From the human T2T-CHM13v2.0 reference genome, Homo sapiens, in the NCBI RefSeq assembly GCF_009914755.1, contig NC_060931.1: a DNA stretch of 64,000 nucleotides. One strand, 5' to 3'. Position 1 is the first letter of the stretch; the number at the start of each line of letters is the position of its first letter. This document shows positions 1 through 14,232 of the stretch, one piece after another. The position numbers and the translations under genes were made by a program. The notes beneath the pieces were generated by a model. The model worked only from the letters and a program-made list of their open reading frames with translations. It ran no database searches and was not told the origin of the DNA.

Positions 1-9
1 TCCAGTTAA

Positions 10-276
10 CAGGAACAGAAAACCAAATACCACAGTTTCACTTATAAGTAGGAGCTAAATGATGAGAACATATGGACACACAGAGGGGAACAACACACAC
101 TGGGTACCTTTAGAGGGTGGAGGGTGGGAGGAGGGAGAGGATCAGGAAAAATAACTAATGGGTACTAGGCTTAATACCTGGGTGATGAAATAATCTGTGC
201 AACAAACCTCCATGACACAAGTTTATCCATGTAACAAACCTGCACTTGTACCCCTGAACTTAAAATATAAGTCAAA
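10..276 (+). mobile_element. 5'-truncated older L1 3' end (L1PA13-16/L1PB-like)
   Basis: L1 3'UTR motif 'aggatcaggaaaaataactaatgggtactaggcttaatacctgggtgatgaaataatctg...cctgaacttaaaa'. Confidence 0.85.
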
Positions 277-1646
277 AGGATTTGCTGGCAAGATGACCGA
301 ATAGGCACAGCTCCAGTCTGCAGCTCCCAGTGAGATCAAAGCAGAAGACGGGTGGTTTTTGCATTTCCAACTGCAATTCCAACTGAGGTACCTGGTTCAT
401 CTCATTGGGACTGGTTGGACAGTGAGTGCAGCCCACAGAGGGTGAGCCAGAGCAGGGTGTGGCATCGCCTCACCCGGGAAGCACAAGGGGTGGGGGATCT
501 CCCTCCCCCAGCCAAGGGAAGCCATAAGAGGCTATACTGGGAGGAATGGTGCACTCTGGCCCAGATACTGTGCTTTTCCCATGATCTTCACAACTGGCAG
601 ACCAGGAGATTCCCTCTGGTTCCTAAGCCACCAGGGGCCCTGGGTTTTAAGCACAAAACTGGGCAGCCATTTGGGCAGATACCAAGCTAGTTGCAGTTTT
701 TTGTTTGTTTGTTTTGTTTTTCATACTCCAGTGGCACCTGGAACACCAGTGAGACAGAACCATTAACTCCCCCGGAAATGGGGCTAAAGACAAGGAGCCA
801 AGTAGTCTGGCTCAGCAGGTCCCACCCCCGTGGAACCCAGCAAGCTAAGGTCCACTGGCTTGAAATTCTTGCTGCTAACACATCAGTCTGAGGTTGACCT
901 GGGACGCTCAAGCTTGGTGGTGGGAAGGGCGTCCGCCATTGCTGAAGCTTGAGTAGGCAGTTTTACCCTCACAGTGTAAAAAAAGTCACCGGAAAGTTTG
1001 AACTGGGTGGAGCCCACTGTGGCTCAGCAAGTCCGTTGCAGCCAGACTGCCTCTCTAATTCCTTCTCTCTGGGCAGGGCATCTCTGAAAAAAAGGCAGCA
1101 GCCCCAGTCAGGGACTTACAGACAAAACCCCCATCTCCCTGGAACAGAGCACCCGGGGGAAAGGACAGCTGTGGGCACAGCTTCAGCAGACTTAAATGTC
1201 CCTGACTGACAGCTCTAAAGAGAGCAGTGGATCTCCCAGCACAGTGTTCAAGCTCTGCTAAGGGACAGGCTGCCTCCTCAAGTGGGTCCCTGACACTTAT
1301 GTATCCTGACTGGGAGACACCTCCCAGTAGGGGCCGACAGACACTTCATACAGGAGTGCTCTGGCTGGCATCTGGAGGGTGCCCCTCTGGGACAAAGCTT
1401 CCAGAGGAAGGAACAGGCAGCAGTCTTTGCTGTTCTGCAGCTTCCACTGGTGATACCCAGGCAAACAGGGTCTGGAGTGGACCTCCAGCAAACTGCAGCA
1501 GACCTGCAGTAGAGGGGCCTGACTGCTAGAAGGAAAACTAACAAACAGAAGGAATAGTATCAACATCAACAAAAAGGATGTCTACTCAAGAGACCCCATC
1601 CGAAGGTCACCAACATCAAAGATGAAAGGTAGATAAATCTTCAAAG

Positions 1647-3997
1647 ATGGGGAGAAACCAGCATAAAAAGGCTGAAAATTCAAAAAACAAGAACGCCTCT
1701 TCTCCAAAGGATCACAGCTCCTCGCCAGCAAAGGAAAAAAAGTGGATGGAGAATAAATTTGACGAATTGACAGAAGTAGGCTTCAGAAGGTGGGCAACAA
1801 CAAATTCCTCCGAGCTAAAGGAGCAAGTTCTAACCCAATGCAAGGAAGCTAAGAACCTTGAACAAAGGTTAGACGAATTGCTAACTAAAATAACCAGTTT
1901 AGAGAAGAACATAAATGACCTGATGCAGCTGAAAAACACAACTCAAGAGCTTCGTGAAGCATACACAAGTATCAAAAGCCGAATCGATCAAGCAAAAGAA
2001 AGGATATCAGAGATTGAAGGTCAACTCAATAAAATTAAGCGAGAAGACAAGATGAGAGAAAAAAGAATGAAAAGAAATGAACAAAGCCTCCAAGAAATAT
2101 GGGACTATGTGAAAAGACCAAACCTACTGAGAGGTGACAGCGTGCTGGCAGTCCTCACAGCCCTCGCTCACTCTCAGCGCCTCCTCTGCCTGGGCTCCCA
2201 CTTTGGCGGCACTTGAGGAGCCCTTCAGCCCACCGCTGCACTGTGGGAGCCCCTTTCTGGGCTGGCCAAAGCCAGAGCCGGCTCCCTCAGCTTGCAGGGA
2301 GGTGTGGAGGGAGAGGTGCAAGCGGGAACCGGGGCTGCGCACGGCGCTTGCAGGCCAGCTGGAGTTCTGGGTGGGCGTGGGCTTGGCAGCCCCGCACTCG
2401 GAGCAGCCAGCCAGCCCTGCCGGCCCCGGGCAATGAGGGGCTTAGCACCCGGGCCAGCAGCTGCGGAGGGTATACTGGGTCCCCCAGCAGAGCCGGCCCA
2501 CCGGCGCTGCGCTCGATTTCTCACTGGGCCTTAGCTGCCTTCCCGTGGGGCAGGGCTCAGGACCTGCGACCCGCCATGCCTGAGCCTCCCACCCCCTCCG
2601 TGGGCTCCTGTGCAGCCCGAGCCTCCCCAACGAGCACTGCCCCCTGCTGTACGGCGCCCAGTCCCATTGACCACCCAAGGGCTGAGGAGTGCAGGCACAC
2701 GGCGCGGGACTGGCAGGCAGCTCCACCTGCAGCCCCAGTGCGGGATCCACTGGGTGAAGCCAGCTGGGCTCCTGAGTCTGGTGGGGACCTGGAGAACCTT
2801 TATGTCTAGCTCAGGGATTGTAAATCCACCAACTGCACTCTGTATCTAGCTCAAGGTTTGTAAACACACCAATCAGCACCCTGTGTCTAGCTCAGGGTTT
2901 GTGAATATACCAATCGACACTCTGTATCTAGCTACTCTGGTGGGGCCTTGGAGAGCCTTTGTGTGGACACTCTGTATCTAGCTAATCTGATGGGGTCGTG
3001 GAGAACCTTTGTGTCTAGCTCAGGGATTGTAAACGCACCAATCAGCGCCCTGTCAAAACAGACCACTGGGCTCTACCAATCAGCAGGATGTGGGTGGGGC
3101 CAGATAAGAGAATAAAAGCAGGCTGCCAGAGCCAGCATTGGCAACCCGCTCGGGTCCCCTTCCACACCGTGGAAGCTTTGTTCTTTCGCTCTTTGCAATA
3201 AATCTTGCTACTGCTCACTCTTTGGGTCCACACTGCCTTTATGAGCTGTAACACTCACCACGAAGGTCTGCAGCTTCACTCCTGAGCCAGCGAGACCACG
3301 AACCCACCAGAAGGAAGAAACTCCGAACACATCTGAACATCAGAAGGGACAAACTCCAGATGCACCATCTTAAGAGCTGTAACACTCACCGTGAGGGTCC
3401 GCAGCTTCATTCTTGAAGTCAGTGAGACCAAGAACCCACCAATTCTGGACACACTACATTTGATTGGTGTACCTGAAAGTGACGGGGAGAATGGAACCAA
3501 GTTGGAAAACACTCTTCAGGATATTATCCAGGACAACTTCCCCAACCAAGCAAGACAGGCCAACATTCAAATTCAGGAAATACAGAGACCACCACAAAGA
3601 TACTCCTGGAGAAGAGCAACCCCAAGACACATATCATCAGTTTCACCAAAGTTGAAATGAAGGAAAAAATGTTAATGGCAACTACAGAGAAAGGTTAGGT
3701 TACCCACAAAGGGAAGACCATCAGACTAACAGCGGATCTCTCAGCAGAAACCCTACAGGCCAGAAGAGAGTGGGGGCCAATATTCAACATTCTTAAAGAA
3801 AAGAATTTTCAACCCAGAATTTCATATCCAGTCAAACTAAGCTTCGTAAGCAAAGGAAAAATAAAATCCTTTACAGACAAGCAAATGCTGAGAGATTTTG
3901 TCACCACCAGGCCTGCCTTACAAGAGCTCCTGAAGGAAGCACTAAACATGGAAATGAAAACTAGTACCACCCACTGCAAAAACATACCAAATTGTAA
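1647..3997 (+). pseudogene. L1 ORF1p remnant, split by LTR12C
   Basis: ORF 1647..2216 is the ORF1p N-terminus and coiled coil up to WDYVKRPNL; it resumes after 3454 as (L)HLIGVPESDGENGTKLENTLQDII, with a downstream frameshift; native stop 'aaattgtaa' ends at 3997. Confidence 0.9.
2128..3453 (+). mobile_element. Solo LTR12C (ERV9) LTR
   Basis: Begins 'tgagaggtgacagcgtgctggcagtcc', ends 'ccaattctggacaca'; 4-bp TSD 'ctac' at 2124-2127 and 3454-3457; CCAAT repeats and AATAAA present. Confidence 0.95.
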
Positions 3998-4172
3998 AGA
4001 CCATCTGTGCAATGAAGAAACTGCATCAACTAATGGGCAAAATAACCAGCTAGCATCATAATGACAGGATCAAATTCACACATAACAATATTAACCTTAA
4101 ATGTAAATGAGCTAAATGCCCCATTTAAAAGACACAGACTGGCAAATAGGATAAAGAGTCAAGACCATTGTG

Positions 4173-4485
4173 GGCCAGGTGCAGTGGCTCATGCCTGTAA
4201 TCCCAGCACTTTGGGAGGTCAAGGAGGGTGGATCACAAGGTCAGGAGATCAAGACCATTCTGGCTAACATGGTGAAACCCCGTCTTTACTAAAAAACACA
4301 CACACAAAAAAAAATAGCCAGGCGTGGTGGCAGGTGCCTGTAGTCCCAGCTACTCAGGAGGCTGAAGCAGGAGAATGGCATGAACCCGGGAGGCAGAGCT
4401 TGCAGTGAGCCGAGATCACGCCACTGCACTCCAACCTGGGTGACAGAGCGAAATTCCATCTCAAAAAAAAAAAAAAAAAAAAAAA
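4173..4485 (+). mobile_element. AluY-like
   Basis: Dimeric Alu with Y diagnostics 'ctggctaac', 'gaatggcatgaacc', 'gagcttgcag'; poly(A); degenerate TSD aagacc(c)at..gtg. Confidence 0.9.
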
Positions 4486-5314
4486 GACCCATCAGTGTGC
4501 TGTATTCAGGAGACCCATCTCATGCAAAGAAAAACATAGGCTCAAAATAAAGGGATAGAGGAATATTTACCAAGCAAATGGAAAGCAAACAAGCAGGATT
4601 TGCAATCCTAGTCTCTGTTTAAACAGACTTTAAACCAACAAAGATCAAAAGAGACAAAGAAGGGCATTACACATAACGGTAATGGGATCAATGAAACAAG
4701 AAGAGCTAACTATCCTAAATACATATGCACCCAATACAGGAGCACGCAGATTCATAAAGCAAGTTCTTAGAGGCCTACAAAAACACTTAGACTCCCACAC
4801 AGTAATATTGGGAGACTTTAGCACCCCACTGTCAATATTAGATCAATGAGACAGAAAATTAATAAGGATATCCAGGACTTGAACCCAGCTCTGGACCAAG
4901 CAGACCTAATAGACATCTACAGAACTCTCCACTCCAAATCAACAGAATACACATTCTTCTCAGCACCACGTCGCACTTATTCTAAAACTGACCACATAAT
5001 TGGAAGTAAAACACTCCTCAGCAAATGCAAAGGAATGGAACTCATAACAAACAGTCTTTCAGACCAAAGCGCAATCAAATGAGAACTCAGGATTAAGAAA
5101 CTGACTCAAAACCACACAATGACATGGAAACTGAACAACCTGCTCCTGAATGACTACTGGGTAAATAACGAAATGAAGGCAGAAATAAAGATGGTCTTTG
5201 AAACCAATGAGAACAAAGACACAATGTACCAGAATCTCTGGGACACATTTAAAGCAGTGTGTAGAGGGAAATGTATAACACTAAATGGTCACAAGAGAAA
5301 GCAGGAAAGATCTA

Positions 5315-5666
<352 letters not shown>

Positions 5667-5846
5667 CTAGAGAAGCAAGAGCAAACAAATTCAGAAGCTA
5701 GCAGAAGACAACAAATAACTAAGGTCAGAGCAGAACTGAAGGAGATAGACACGAAAAATCCTTCAAAAAATATGAATCCAGGAGCTGGTTTTTTGAAAAG
5801 ATCAACAAAATAGACTGCTAGCCAGACTAATAAAGAAGAAAAGAGA

Positions 5847-6144
<298 letters not shown>

Positions 6145-6624
6145 TTACAAGAAAAAAACAATGCCATAAAAAAGTGGGCAAAGGATATGAACAGACACTT
6201 CTCAAAAGAAGACATTTATGCAGCCAACAGACATATGAGAAAAGCTCATCATCACTGGTCATCAAAGAAATGTAAATAAAAACCATGATGGGATACCATC
6301 TCATGCCAGTTAGAATGGTGATCATTAAAAAGTCAGGAAACCACAGATGCTGGAGAGGATGTGGAGAAACAGGAAGACTCTTACACTGTTGGTGGGAGTG
6401 TAAATTAGTTCAACCACTGTGGAAGACAGTGTGGTGATTCCTCAAGGATCTAGAACTAGAAATACCATTTGACCCAGCAACCCCATTACTGGGTATATAC
6501 CTAAAGGATTATAAATCATTCTACTATAAAGACACAGGCACACATGTTTATTGCAGCACTGTTCACAACAGCAAAGACTTGGAATCAACCCAAATGCCCA
6601 TCAATGATAGACTGGATAAAGAAA

Positions 6625-6807
6625 ATGTGGCACATATACAACATGGAATACTATGCAGCCATAAAAAAGGATGAGTTCATGTTCTATGTGGCACATATAC
6701 AACATGGAATACTATGCAGCCATAAAAAAGGATGAGTTCATGTTCTATGTGGCACATATACAACATGGAATACTATGCAGCCATAAAAAAGGATGAGTTC
6801 GTGTTCT
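6625..6807 (+). repeat. 3 x 61-bp tandem repeat inside L1
   Basis: Unit 'atgtggcacatatacaacatggaatactatgcagccataaaaaaggatgagttcatgttct' starts at 6625, 6686 and 6747. Confidence 0.95.
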
Positions 6808-7206
6808 TTGCAGGGACATGGACAAAGCTGGAAACCATCATTCTCAGCAAACTAACTCAGGAACAGAAAACCAAACACCACATGTTCTCACTCGTAAGTG
6901 GGAGTTAAACAATGAGAACACATGGACACAGGGGTGGGGGGCATCACACACCGGGGCCTCTCAGGGTTGGGAGCTGGGGGAGGGATAGCATTAGAAGAAA
7001 TACCTAATGTAGATGACTGGGTGATGGCTGCAGCAAACCACCATGGCACGTGTATACCTATGTAACAAACCTGCACGTTCTGCACATGTACCCCAGAACT
7101 TAATGTATAACTATATATATATGTTAAAAAATAAAATAAAATTCCAGTTAAAAGCCCAGCTCCTCTGTTCTTCAGCAATCCCCAAGGCCAATCAAAAGGC
7201 AGTGTA

Positions 7207-7541
<335 letters not shown>

Positions 7542-8230
7542 TTAAAATCAGCTTGGTTGAGGGGTACGAGTGAGGGAAATCCCTCCAGACTCCAAACCAC
7601 AGGATCCCTGCTCTGCAGCAGGACTTCCTCCTGCCTTGAACTCACCAGGAACTGCACCTGTCCTCCTGAGGGGTCATGGCTAACACCTCCAGGGGAAAAT
7701 GAGCTCACAGAGGGAAAAGGAAACACCAGGCATTTGGGAAAGATAACTGCTAGAAATGAAACATATTGAGCAGCCAGTACTTGAACTGGCATTATGGGGA
7801 CAGATGCAAAAATCTAAACAAGTTTAAAAATATCGTCCCAGAAGAAAAAATATTCAACAAAGCAAGAAACAGCAGTTGTAAAGAACAATCAGATAAAACA
7901 CTAAAAACTATAGCTGAAAGAAACTCAAAAGATACAAAATGTGCACAGCTGAATAATTATTGTACAGTCTATGATAAGTGTTGGTGGAGAATGTGGGGAT
8001 AGTGAACTCCCTGTTGCTCTTTGGGAGGGAAAGTAAATGGGGTATAACCATTGAGGAAATTCATGCGGCAGTAGTAAGTAGAATTTTATAGAGAGAGACA
8101 CATATGCACACATAAACACACCCGCATACACACACACACACATGCATACATATGTTGCAACTTAATGAACCCACTGCTGGGTAAAAGTCATGTTCAAGGC
8201 TGCTCACCTTGGTGGTGAGTGTAGCAGTGA

Positions 8231-8559
<329 letters not shown>

Positions 8560-8579
8560 AGCATCACAGTTTTTGAAAC

Positions 8580-8750
8580 TCTGCACTACCACTTACTAGC
8601 TTCTTGATCTTTTTTGGCTTTATTTTTTCTGCAAAATGGGGATAATGATGTAACTTACCACGTCGGGTTATTGTAAAGATTAAATTAGTCAATACCTATA
8701 AAGTGCTTAGAACAGTGCCTGACATAGTAAGCGCTCCATAAATTATAGCT
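8580..8750 (+). mobile_element. MIR
   Basis: MIR core 'ctgcaaaatggggataat...aaagtgcttagaacagtgcctgacatagtaagcgctc'. Confidence 0.8.
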
Positions 8751-10630
8751 TTAAAACAATCTTTTTTAATGAACAGAAACCCAACCCTAGGGTAATTCCC
8801 CAGAGAAGTTCCTGCAAAGGTCCATAAGGGGAAAGGTATGAGACACACATAGGACTGTCAGTGATAACCGGGAGTTGTAGACACCCAAGGTTTATGTAAA
8901 ATAAGGTAGACACGTGCTATGCAAAATCATACAGAGGTCAGAAGCCATTATAATAAAGTAGATACATACACAGCAGTATTAAATCTTCTATCTTAAAAAT
9001 ACAGTACAAAGTGAATAAACCAAGAAACAAAAAGTCATAATGTAAATTATTAAAAGTTAAAAACATACACAGAACTATAGATACCTGAAAAATTTAGGAT
9101 ATGTATATGTACATATCCTTCTGAAGTATGTTATATATAAAATAAAATATAGTCATTATCTAGAGGGGAGAAGGAATGGGAGTGGGGTTGAGATATAAAT
9201 AAAATAAAGCAAGAGAGACCTTGCATAGCCTATTGATAAAATGCCATATTCTGAAAAGTATCATCAACTCAACTCCTAGCCCCTTAGGGGAACTGAGAGA
9301 GAGAGAAAGAGAGAGCACAAGAGAGAATACAAGAGGCTGGTTGCAGGTAGCACAACTAAATCAGGAATGCAAAGGGTAGAGGCATGGCTGTATGGCAGGA
9401 AATGTAACAGCTAATACAGTCAATCAATCAATCAATATTAGTAAGTGGGCAAAGACAATGTGAAAGGAGAGCTTGCAGTACAGCATTTCTGTTCGTTTAA
9501 ATGCAATAATGTTCCTCATATTACAGAACTGAAGGAAATTAAAGGACAAAGGTCAGAGGCTTTCCCTCCCATTCTGCAAAGTAACACACACCAAACCCTT
9601 TTCAAGGATGTGGAGCAGAAATGACACCTCACTACCCCTGAATGCAGTTTCAGAGAAGCTATCTCTACTCTGAACTGGCCTGAACGTGACTTTGCTAGAG
9701 TTTGACTTCTAATTCATGGATGGAATAACTTACAATAAATGTGAAATAATTTTTTTAACTAGGGTTGATATGAGATTTAAAATTGCTGTATATATCTAGT
9801 TTATTACTTCTGACTTCTGTATGGCTGTCCACAGCCTTCTGCTGGTTTTTCTGAAGCTGGGCCAGGGGGCAGATGTCACCTATTATATACCTCATTGTAA
9901 ATTAAATGTTCCTGGTTAAATCACAGATCTTGCTAGAAGCACGCCCTGGGCTTTGTCAAAAATACAAGGAGCTGCTAGAATATATTTCTGAGTGATCAAG
10001 TTATAACTCCCCTAAATTAAATTTACAGTAGAGCTTATTCACTTTTATTCCAAGCAGTAACCATGGCACTCGCGTTAAATCATTACAAGTGCAGCAGATA
10101 TATTGATTACTGCCAGGCCTGTCATTACCAATCTCAGTTTACGCACGCTGCAGCGAACTGTAAAGTTTAATTAGTATCCCCGTCTGGTGTTGTAAAACAC
10201 AAGTCTGGACATATGGGAAAGAAAGATGAGTTAATGTGAATCATCTTGAAAACATGAAACCAGCAGACAGAGCAAAGCAGATAGCTGAACTTGTTCTGAA
10301 TCAAAGTTATTTGCCTTGACATCTGTGCTGCATTATGCAATTGGGTTGGGAGAAAATATTCACTTAATCTTCTCAAGAAGACAACTATTATTCTGCGACG
10401 ATTGAGGAGGAGGAGCAAATAGCAGCCATTGGGTCATGCGACAAAGTGACTCGGAAACACGTGGATTGCTGCATTGGCCATCTCTAGACACAGTCACGAA
10501 CAGAAGCTCTGAGGGACAGGGCCCTGTAGAAACCAACCGGCTGTCCTCCATGCCACCAACTCTAAAAAGGGGTGAGGTTGACACCTCAGGTGTATCACTG
10601 GCACTCTTTGGGACCCTATGCTCTTAAGTC

Positions 10631-11155
10631 TATCACCAAAACACCAGGGGTTCCGTCTAGGTCCTGCTGTTCCCTGCACAGAAAGCCAATCACTGAGATG
10701 ACCATTCTTGCCAAGGAAGAAGGCGATAATCAGGTGCTACAGCTGAGGAAATGAGAGATCAATCTCTCTGACCACTAAAATTAGGAGTTTATATAGCAGG
10801 GAAGAAATGTAACAACGTACATAATTTCCTGGCCTCCTCCAGCCCAGCATCCTTCCCTCCACCTGGCCTCAGCAGCTCCTTCCATAGGTTTCTTCCGTAG
10901 CAGGGAAGAAATGTAACAATGTATGAGAAAACAGGAACTCAGTAAAGAAGCAATCATGATGAATGAGAGGCCTGGAGTCTTACTGCATGCAAAGATCTGG
11001 TGAGTTTCAGTTCTCTGATACTTTTTCAGAGGCCTGGGGGTCCTTTCCTGAGGAAAGACCTCAGATAAATATTAAGTTTCAGGCTTTAAGACCAAGAGGG
11101 TCAATTTCTATGTTAAATAAGTAAATAAATGTGTAGAACTACTGGGTCAGTTTCA
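10631..11155 (-). mobile_element. ERV1 (MER4-group, LTR26-like) solo LTR containing a templated insertion
   Basis: 'tatcaccaaaacaccaggggttccgtctagg...gtcagtttca' termini; TSD 'agtc' at 10627-10630 and 11156-11159. Confidence 0.7.
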
Positions 11156-12655
11156 AGTCCTTCATAAATTAATCCAAACTTTAAAAAATGTAATCATATT
11201 TCCTGTTCTTACCACCTTTAGGATTCACAAGAATTATGTCCTCTTCTTGGGGAACGGAATTCGCTTAGCTTTCACAGTGACCAGCCAGCACAAGGGGAGG
11301 GGAACTGGATGGCACCGAAGAATGTCCCACCAAAGTTCCATGCAGAATGCTCAGCCTGACATCTCCAGCCCCAGGCACCCTCTCTGCCTCCCTCCCTCCC
11401 TCTGCAGGAGCCGTAACTTCAAGGTGAAGGGGATGTCCTCACCACGTCCTGATCCCCACTGTGGACCCACTCAGTCAACTCCTCTCACCTGATCCATTCT
11501 CCCCGGATGCCCGCTGCTTCTCAGCCTTTCAGCAGAGCCCTGAAAGCAACCCTCTAATCACTGAGCCCTCTGTCAGTGTTCTCTAAGCCTGCCTGGCCCT
11601 TTGCTTATTGGCTTTTCCTCATCGTGACCACCTGTGCAGGATCTTCACTTCCCCAGCACCTGCAGCCCCGGACCAGGAAGGCCCAGCCCTTCTGGGCTCT
11701 GCCTTTCGCCTTTTCCAAACTTCCCATCTCCCACAGCCCTGCTTGCTCCTCCACTGGAGCCCCAGCTACCAGTCTTCCTTGATGCTAACCAGGCCTGGGT
11801 AGAACTTGCAGAGCCCAGTCCAAAATAAACAAGTGACTGACAAGAACGGGGAAGTCGATCTCCCCTTCCCAGGGCCTGCCTCCCAAACCCACACAGATAG
11901 AGAACCAAAGGGACTGCAACCTCTGCACCCATGCACTTGGCACTTAGATGAGGGGATGAGCAAGAACCCTCACCAGGTTCCTGCAAGCACACCAGGAAGA
12001 GCCAGCATGGGGAGGGGGTGGCCATCACCTACCCTCACCCGGAGATGCCACACCCAGCACACCTGGCTCCACTGTTTCCACTCCTGCACTCAGTCCCCCA
12101 TGGGGCAGAGAGCGAAGGCAAAACACAGAAACACAGACATCACGCCTCTACCACATATCCTGTCGCAGACTCAGGCTGAGGACAGCCAGGATCCCAGGGC
12201 AGGTGGCCAGGGGGAGCTGGGTCAGACTCAGGCACAGGAGGCAGCTAGGAACAGTCCTTGAGAGGCCCTGGGAGGCAGACAGTGCAGGAACAGAGACTCC
12301 AAGCCCCAGGCATGCTCCACTGCCCATTGGACCTTCCTTGCAAAACACATGCTCTAAGATAAAATTAGGATTTCAGGGGGCAAGCATGAAAACTCTGGGC
12401 TCAGTGGCCCACACAGACCAACCTGAAGATGATGCCAACTCACCCACCTCATAATTTCCTGGCCTCCTCCAGTTCAGCATCCTTCCCTCCACCTGGCCTC
12501 TGCAGCTTCTTCCGTAGGTTTTGCTCTGGACCCTGTCAACCTGAGGGGAGAGCCACAGCTCAAGGCAGAATCCTGAGTTTAGAGGCTCCACCCAGCCAGG
12601 CGAGGTGGAGGTATAGAGTTCCACTTACTGTGGTGGCTGAGGCCTGAGGCAGGAG

Positions 12656-14232
12656 TGAAACGGGAGAGTTCTCTGAACCTCTCGCGGGACTTGCAACAAG
12701 GGTGTGGCCTGTTTGCTTGGCCACCATGTACTCAAACCCCTTACAAGAGGGGGAAACATGCAGACAGACAGGTGCAGGAGCTGGGATGAGTGCTTTTGGG
12801 CTCCAGCCGCATAGTAGTGAAACAGGAAAAGTTCCCTTGTCCCCCTCACAGGGCGTGTGACAGGGGAGTGGCTTGCTTCTTCAGTGCCCCACTGCTCAAA
12901 CCTCTAGGGGAGCATACAGACGGGCAGGTTGTGGGGCTGCAACCTCATGGCAGTGTGTAGGGGTGAGTGTTTATAGCTCCTAAAGCCCCAGTGGGCATGT
13001 GTTACAGGGCGCTTTTTTAATTTAGCCATCTGCAGGTGGCTTGTGTTAGCTCAATTAGACTCTCTTCCTTATCACAAGGACAGAGGGATTTCTGTATCCC
13101 GGAGTTTCTTACCTTGGTGTACTGGAAGAACTGGATCGCATGTGGGCTTGGAGAATGAGTTCAAGGTTTTATTGAGTACAAGTAGCTCTCAGCAGATGGG
13201 GGAGCCAGAAGGGAGATGGCTTTTTCCTGGAGTCAGGCAGCTCAGGGACCTGGGCTCTCCTCTGACTGCCCCAGCCAAACTCTGTGTCATTCTGCTGGTC
13301 AATGGCCTGCGGCATGCTGGCATCTGTTGGTGTGCTCTTCCGCCAGAGTGCTCCCCTCGATGTCCTCTCAACGTCCAGCCACCTGTGTCTTTTTCCACCA
13401 ATGTGTTCCTCACAATGTCCAGCCACTTGTGTATCTGACTGCTAGGGTTTCAGGGGTTTTTATAGGCACAGGATGGGGGTGTGGCAGGCCAGAGTGGTCT
13501 TGGAAAATGCAACATTTGGGCACAAAGACAGATGTGCCTGTCCTCACCTAGGTCTGTGGGGGTAGAGTCCTAGCCAGGCACCATGCCCTCCTCTACCCAG
13601 CCCTTCCATTCCCCACTTCCATATCATTTAAAAGGACCATGCTCTTTCCTTCCCAGCACTTCAGTATCAGTAGCCTCTAGGGAAGTGTTAGAATGAATAC
13701 CCTTTTAGCAGTTGCCATCCCCAGACAGCTAAGCGTTAACCAGTTTAGTGGAGAGTCAGACAGCTTTTTACACCCTGTCCTCTTAGTACCCGGGTCCTTG
13801 TCTGGCATCCAGGAAGAATCGGGTCATGTGAACTTGAAGGATGGTGAATGCAGGGATTTTATTGACTGATGGAGGTGGCTCTCAGTGGGATGGATGGGGA
13901 GCTGGAAAGGGGATGTAGTGAGAAGATGATCTTCCCCTGGAGTTTGGCCATCCCCAGCTGAACTCCTCTTGACGTTCAGACGCTCCTTCTCTTCTCTTTC
14001 TTCGCCTTACTGCTCTGCCACCCAGCAGCTATTCTGCTCATGGAGCCTGGGGTTTAGCGTTTATATGGGTACAGGATTGGGTGGGTACGGCAGGCCAAAA
14101 GTCAACATTTGGGTGTGAAAACAGGAATGCCTGTTCCCATTTAGGGTCACAGGTTTCCAGGCTTGAGGGTGGGGCTTTTGCCAGGGAACTGCCCTCTTCT
14201 ACCCAGTATTTCCCTGCCTCCTGTCCATCTCA
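12656..14232 (-). mobile_element. ERV1 solo LTR (LTR27/28-like), host of nested LTR1
   Basis: tg...ca termini, TSD 'ggag' at 12652-12655 and 14233-14236; reverse strand starts 'tgagatggacaggaggcagggaaatactgggtagaagagggc'. Confidence 0.75.
12818..13669 (-). mobile_element. LTR1-family solo LTR (nested)
   Basis: tg...ca termini, TSD 'gtag' at 12814-12817 and 13670-13673; reverse strand starts 'tgatactgaagtgctgggaaggaaagagc'. Confidence 0.75.

Noticed and set aside
2134-2849. Overlapping GC-rich ORFs up to 198 aa and a CpG-island-like stretch
   Set aside because: Entirely within LTR12C; stop-poor because of GC content. Same for 20976-21899 (LTR12) and 31942-34012 (MER52).
6625-6807. CRISPR-like regular repeat
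   Set aside because: Head-to-tail copies with no unique spacers, derived from L1, in a primate genome with no cas genes.
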